Positions 60,310-64,000 of a DNA stretch of 64,000 bases are shown here, in pieces. Every line of letters begins with the position of its first letter. Within the stretch, counting starts at the first letter, position 1. The notes under the pieces are model-generated. The model did no database searches. It had not been told where the DNA came from and was given only the letters and a program-made list of their open reading frames with translations. The position numbers and the translations under genes are program-made. Source of the stretch: a virus (lineage: Duplodnaviria; Caudoviricetes); the IMG/VR virus record IMGVR_UViG_2706796142_000001, positions 1 through 64,000 of that record. One strand, written 5' to 3'.

Positions 60310-61539
60310 TTAGATTGGAGCAACGGTTTTGATCAGGCCAAGACGTTCTGCACGCTTAACCAGAATACCGTAGTACCACTTGATGGAGCTGAAACCAGTC
60401 TCACCGTATGGATCGTTACGGTCAGCAGTTTCTTTACCCGGCATCTTGGTCATGATGGTGAAGTTCACAGTCTTACCGTTGGTCTGGAAACCAATGGTAG
60501 AGAATGCGTCATCACCAACAACCAGCATTGGATACACGTCATAGTGCTCAGTGCCGTTAACCATAGATGTACGGAAGCCCGGATTCTCATCCACGGCTGC
60601 ACCAGCACCTGCCCAATGCAGCATCTCTGGAACCTGAATGATACGGAACTTATCGATAGAACCGATTTCGCCGTGCATCAGAGTACCAGCATCAGCGTAG
60701 TGCTGAACTTCGATGAATGCCTTGTTACCGAACAGGTCTTTCATGCCTTTCAGCAGTGGAACCAGTTCAGAACCAACGAACATCACACGGGTAGCACCGA
60801 CAACACGAGTGTCAGTACGCAGAGAACCAGTGATGATAGTGGTGGAGGTTGGTGTACGCAGGTCAGTCAGAGTCTGATCCAGACGCATCAGGTTGGCGTA
60901 GCTGATAATAGAAGCTGGGATTTCTGGATCTGCACCAGCAGCAGCAGTAACTTCACCAGTGATTTCATCATCGGCAGTTGCAGCACCTGCATACAGAACA
61001 GTACCAGCAGCAGCCAGCAGGTCTTTTTGCAGAACAGCTTCGGTCATCTGTACAGCACCGTTCATCAGCTCGGTAGACAGGTGATCCATCAGGCCATCAT
61101 CAGAGTCGAAGTCCATAGACTCTTGAGTGAACTCATGGAAGAAACCGAACTTGTGAATTGAGCCTTCACGTTCCAGACGGGTGAAGCCAACACGGTTAAC
61201 ACGACCACCATTTTCGGTCAGCAGTGGCAGCTTGTTGGTGATAGTACCAATGTCTTTACTGGAGCCATACAGGTTCCCATTAGCAATGGTCACACCAGAA
61301 GCATCGATGCCCTGATCGTTAATGTTACGGTCGTCCAGCAGTGGTACGTATTCGTACACTTTGATGGTTTTACCGTAGTTCTTCGGCATGTTCGTGACGT
61401 TAGCCAGTGGCATGAAGAACTGTTCTTTACGGGAAGTGATGATCGCTTTCTTCAACCAGAAGAAGGTATTCATCTGGTCTGAACCGTCACCATCAATGGT
61501 AGACTTCTGACCGTCAATAGGGGCGTTGTAGTTTAACAT
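60310..61539 (-). CDS. Major capsid protein (N4 gp56-like)
   Basis: [39 protein letters not shown]. Confidence 0.95.
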   Translation of the reverse strand: MLNYNAPIDGQKSTIDGDGSDQMNTFFWLKKAIITSRKEQFFMPLANVTNMPKNYGKTIKVYEYVPLLDDRNINDQGIDASGVTIANGNLYGSSKDIGTITNKLPLLTENGGRVNRVGFTRLEREGSIHKFGFFHEFTQESMDFDSDDGLMDHLSTELMNGAVQMTEAVLQKDLLAAAGTVLYAGAATADDEITGEVTAAAGADPEIPASIISYANLMRLDQTLTDLRTPTSTTIITGSLRTDTRVVGATRVMFVGSELVPLLKGMKDLFGNKAFIEVQHYADAGTLMHGEIGSIDKFRIIQVPEMLHWAGAGAAVDENPGFRTSMVNGTEHYDVYPMLVVGDDAFSTIGFQTNGKTVNFTIMTKMPGKETADRNDPYGETGFSSIKWYYGILVKRAERLGLIKTVAPI

Positions 61540-61551
61540 TTACTGTTTTCC

Positions 61552-62787
61552 TTAATGGCGATTTTTGAACTGCTTCATGAATTCGTCATCACTCATGGCG
61601 AGTGGATTAACTGACTTACCAACCTGTTTAGTAGTGGTGCTACGTGTCGCAGCAGCAGCAGCTACTTTTGGGTCGTCCACAACATCGCTTTTAGGTTTCG
61701 CAGCTTTAGTCGCCAATGGTTGAGCCGGAGCAGTAGTGGTTGCTTTCGGTGCAGCCTTTGGAGCCAAGTCAGCAAATTTACCCTGCGAGTCCATGAACTG
61801 GCCCACTTGCTGATATGCCGACAAGAACGGTGCATTTGCTGGAATCTGCCCAAGAGTTTTAAGACGGTCAACCTCGGCACTGATACGGTCATAAATACCG
61901 TTCTCACGCTGGGCATGTACTACGTCCATTACCTCTGGGTTATTCCACAGCATCTCCTTACTCGCCTGATCCCAAGAGTTAGTAATCAGGTTGATAGTCT
62001 CTTTCCCCTCTGGGTTAGACACAAGGTCGTCCAGATGGCTACGGAAAGTGGCTTCCTGATCAGTAACCTTGTGATTGCCACCAAGGTAATTAACCGGTTC
62101 TGCTGGGTCGAGATCCATAGGATCCATACCAGATTCTTTAATGAGCTTCTTAATAGCGTCCGGGTTTTTCTTATCCAGATCGACCAGATATGAAAGTTTG
62201 CCCTCGTCCAGAAGACCATTATTTTCGAGCATGATGAGAACTTTGCGGTGTGGTGCAATGTCCTGCATCTTACGAGTGTAGTTAGCTCCCATCTTCATCA
62301 GGGCAATGGCTTCTTCAGGTGACTGAAGCTGAACCGTTTTGCCGTTGGCTTTGAATGGACGCATCACCTCATCGTGAAACGATTTATAGTCGAGAGCAGG
62401 TTTCTCCGTCTCAGGTTTAGGCTTCTCGTCAGTAGACGGTTCCTTATCACCCTTCTCGGCTTTCGCCTTATCTGCTTCCGTCGAACCAGTAGGAGATGAG
62501 CTTAGAGATTTCTCAGGAGTATTAGTGCCTTTTTCGACATTATTATCTTCAGAGTTATTATCGCTATTTTCTTCAACATTACCAGTAGGAACTTCAACTT
62601 CAGGTTCTACTTTAGCTGGTTCAGTTGGCTCATTCTCAACTTTAGGTTCTTCAGCAACAGGAGTCTCTACAACTGGAGCAGCTTCTTTCTTAGCTGGAGG
62701 TGCAGAGAGTTTCATGAAATCTTCGTCGGACATACTAAAGATGTCCGACTGATCTTCAATTTCTTGGTTCTCAGTCGGATTAGCCAT
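61552..62787 (-). CDS. N4 gp57-like protein (annotated as tape measure / probable scaffold)
   Basis: MSDEDF...FKANGK...LMKMGANYTRKMQ; terminal PLAMSDDEF repeat. Confidence 0.85.
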   Translation of the reverse strand: MANPTENQEIEDQSDIFSMSDEDFMKLSAPPAKKEAAPVVETPVAEEPKVENEPTEPAKVEPEVEVPTGNVEENSDNNSEDNNVEKGTNTPEKSLSSSPTGSTEADKAKAEKGDKEPSTDEKPKPETEKPALDYKSFHDEVMRPFKANGKTVQLQSPEEAIALMKMGANYTRKMQDIAPHRKVLIMLENNGLLDEGKLSYLVDLDKKNPDAIKKLIKESGMDPMDLDPAEPVNYLGGNHKVTDQEATFRSHLDDLVSNPEGKETINLITNSWDQASKEMLWNNPEVMDVVHAQRENGIYDRISAEVDRLKTLGQIPANAPFLSAYQQVGQFMDSQGKFADLAPKAAPKATTTAPAQPLATKAAKPKSDVVDDPKVAAAAATRSTTTKQVGKSVNPLAMSDDEFMKQFKNRH

Positions 62788-63122
62788 TAGATATTATCCT
62801 CTTCTGCACGAGCCATATCGATAGCTGCTTCGATATTCACAATGTCGCGTTCATGGACATTACCTTGGGTAATGCAGATTTCCATGAATCGACGAAGATG
62901 GCCTGCTGCCTGAGCCATTGCCAGAGAACTCTCACGAGCTTCAACTGACATATCAAAATCAGCAGAGAGCTGGGCATATTTAGCACACTCAGTTACGCAG
63001 AACTGCTCCATAATTAACTTACGGAAGTCAGGGTTCTTCGACAGTTTGAGTGCTAAATCACGCCGAGCGACGAGTTGTTTAGCATTTTCCAATTGCTGTT
63101 CGAGTGCAAAAACTTGCGACAT
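62787..63122 (-). CDS. Conserved N4-like protein (gp58-like)
   Basis: L..NPDFRKLI; synteny between portal and gp57. Confidence 0.75.
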   Translation of the reverse strand: MSQVFALEQQLENAKQLVARRDLALKLSKNPDFRKLIMEQFCVTECAKYAQLSADFDMSVEARESSLAMAQAAGHLRRFMEICITQGNVHERDIVNIEAAIDMARAEEDNI

Positions 63123-63131
63123 TGTGAATCC

Positions 63132-64000
63132 TTAAATATTTATTGCCGGGTTAAGTGCCGGATCCTGTGCTGGGTCAAAGTACTGAGATCCCAGAGAAAG
63201 CTGAGGATTACGGCCTGCTTGTTGGTCACGGGAGATGGTAGTCGGAACAGCATTACCTTGTCCAGCGTTATCCAACTTATCACTAAGTTGGTTGTAGCCG
63301 ATGGCTGCTGGAATATCAGGTTTAGATTCCCCACCATTAGCTTGCTTCGTTGGTTTGAGCAATGCCTTGGTGACTTCCAGATCCTGATTACCTTGTGCCT
63401 GTCCTTTCTGTTTCTCCATATCTCGTGCGTGTTTGGTTCCTGTTTCCTGCTCAACAAAGTTGAGGTTAGCCAGATCTTTATTGGCTGCGGATTCTGCTGC
63501 CTTGGCCTGATTAAGTTCAATCTCAGATTGTGTTTTCTGGTTCTCAAGCTGCTGTGCTTGTAATTCCAGTTGCTTCATCTGTTCTGCCATTGGATCAGGC
63601 TGAGGTTTCCATGTGGCTAATTTATGAGCCAACTCAGGCATACGTTTTAATTCAGCAATCTCAGACAGAATCATCATGCTAATTGCCGGATCCATACCGG
63701 GGCCAATAGTTTGCAGCATGAAGCCCAGATCTTTAGCTTTCTGGTCATCGACTTCAGCAGTGGCAATATCCACTTCTAAATCGAAATTACCCTTCAGATC
63801 TTCACGATTTACGGTAATAAACGTGCTATTTGTGACCCGTACCACCTCTTTTTCAGAGAGGAATACGGCATTCATAGCGATGATTTTATTCCCGATATCG
63901 GTCATACCCTTGGCTAAACGGCGTAAAATAGCCATTTCACGCTTACTTGCAGCGTCCAAAGTGCCACGAATACCAGCAGCCACATCACCATAAGCATTAC
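63132..64000 (-). CDS. Portal protein (N4 gp59-like), 5' part outside the window
   Basis: Frame open to the edge; [37 protein letters not shown]. Confidence 0.92.
   Translation of the reverse strand, partial: NAYGDVAAGIRGTLDAASKREMAILRRLAKGMTDIGNKIIAMNAVFLSEKEVVRVTNSTFITVNREDLKGNFDLEVDIATAEVDDQKAKDLGFMLQTIGPGMDPAISMMILSEIAELKRMPELAHKLATWKPQPDPMAEQMKQLELQAQQLENQKTQSEIELNQAKAAESAANKDLANLNFVEQETGTKHARDMEKQKGQAQGNQDLEVTKALLKPTKQANGGESKPDIPAAIGYNQLSDKLDNAGQGNAVPTTISRDQQAGRNPQLSLGSQYFDPAQDPALNPAINI

Overview
This window is the left ~64 kb of a lytic N4-like podophage genome (Schitoviridae), probably infecting an enterobacterium. The gene set recalls the Erwinia Ea9-2/Frozen group; that is an inference from memory, not a database match. 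The + strand carries the early region (two DNA-hairpin promoters, N4 gp1/gp2 homologs, many small accessory ORFs), the split RNA polymerase II, a gp17-like capsid decoration gene, three AAA+ ATPases, nucleotide-metabolism genes (dCTP deaminase, ThyX, MazG-like, Dam), rIIA/rIIB, the replication module (helicase, PolA, nuclease, primase, Sak4-like ATPase, SSB, RuvC-like resolvase) and an operon of 8 tRNAs. The - strand carries the late module: the 3523-aa virion RNA polymerase, ejection/structural proteins, major capsid protein and a portal truncated by the window edge. No integrase, CRISPR array or IS element was seen. The most unusual signal lies in the tRNA operon. Two gaps (41188-41445 and 41788-42016) are packed with compact non-tRNA RNA folds that are punctuated like the tRNAs, with short A/T spacers, closing stems and NCCA-like ends. 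Some carry T-loop-like UGAGAA hairpins, and two are followed by a shared TCGCTA-loop hairpin. Other notable items are two folded RNA-like elements between thyX and rIIA, a repeated T(6-7)GGTTGTT motif (candidate RNAP II promoter), an early SLOG/DUF4326/macro-like cluster and a ribosomal bL12-like domain inside rIIB. All family assignments come from motif recognition by eye, and all RNA folds were paired by hand.
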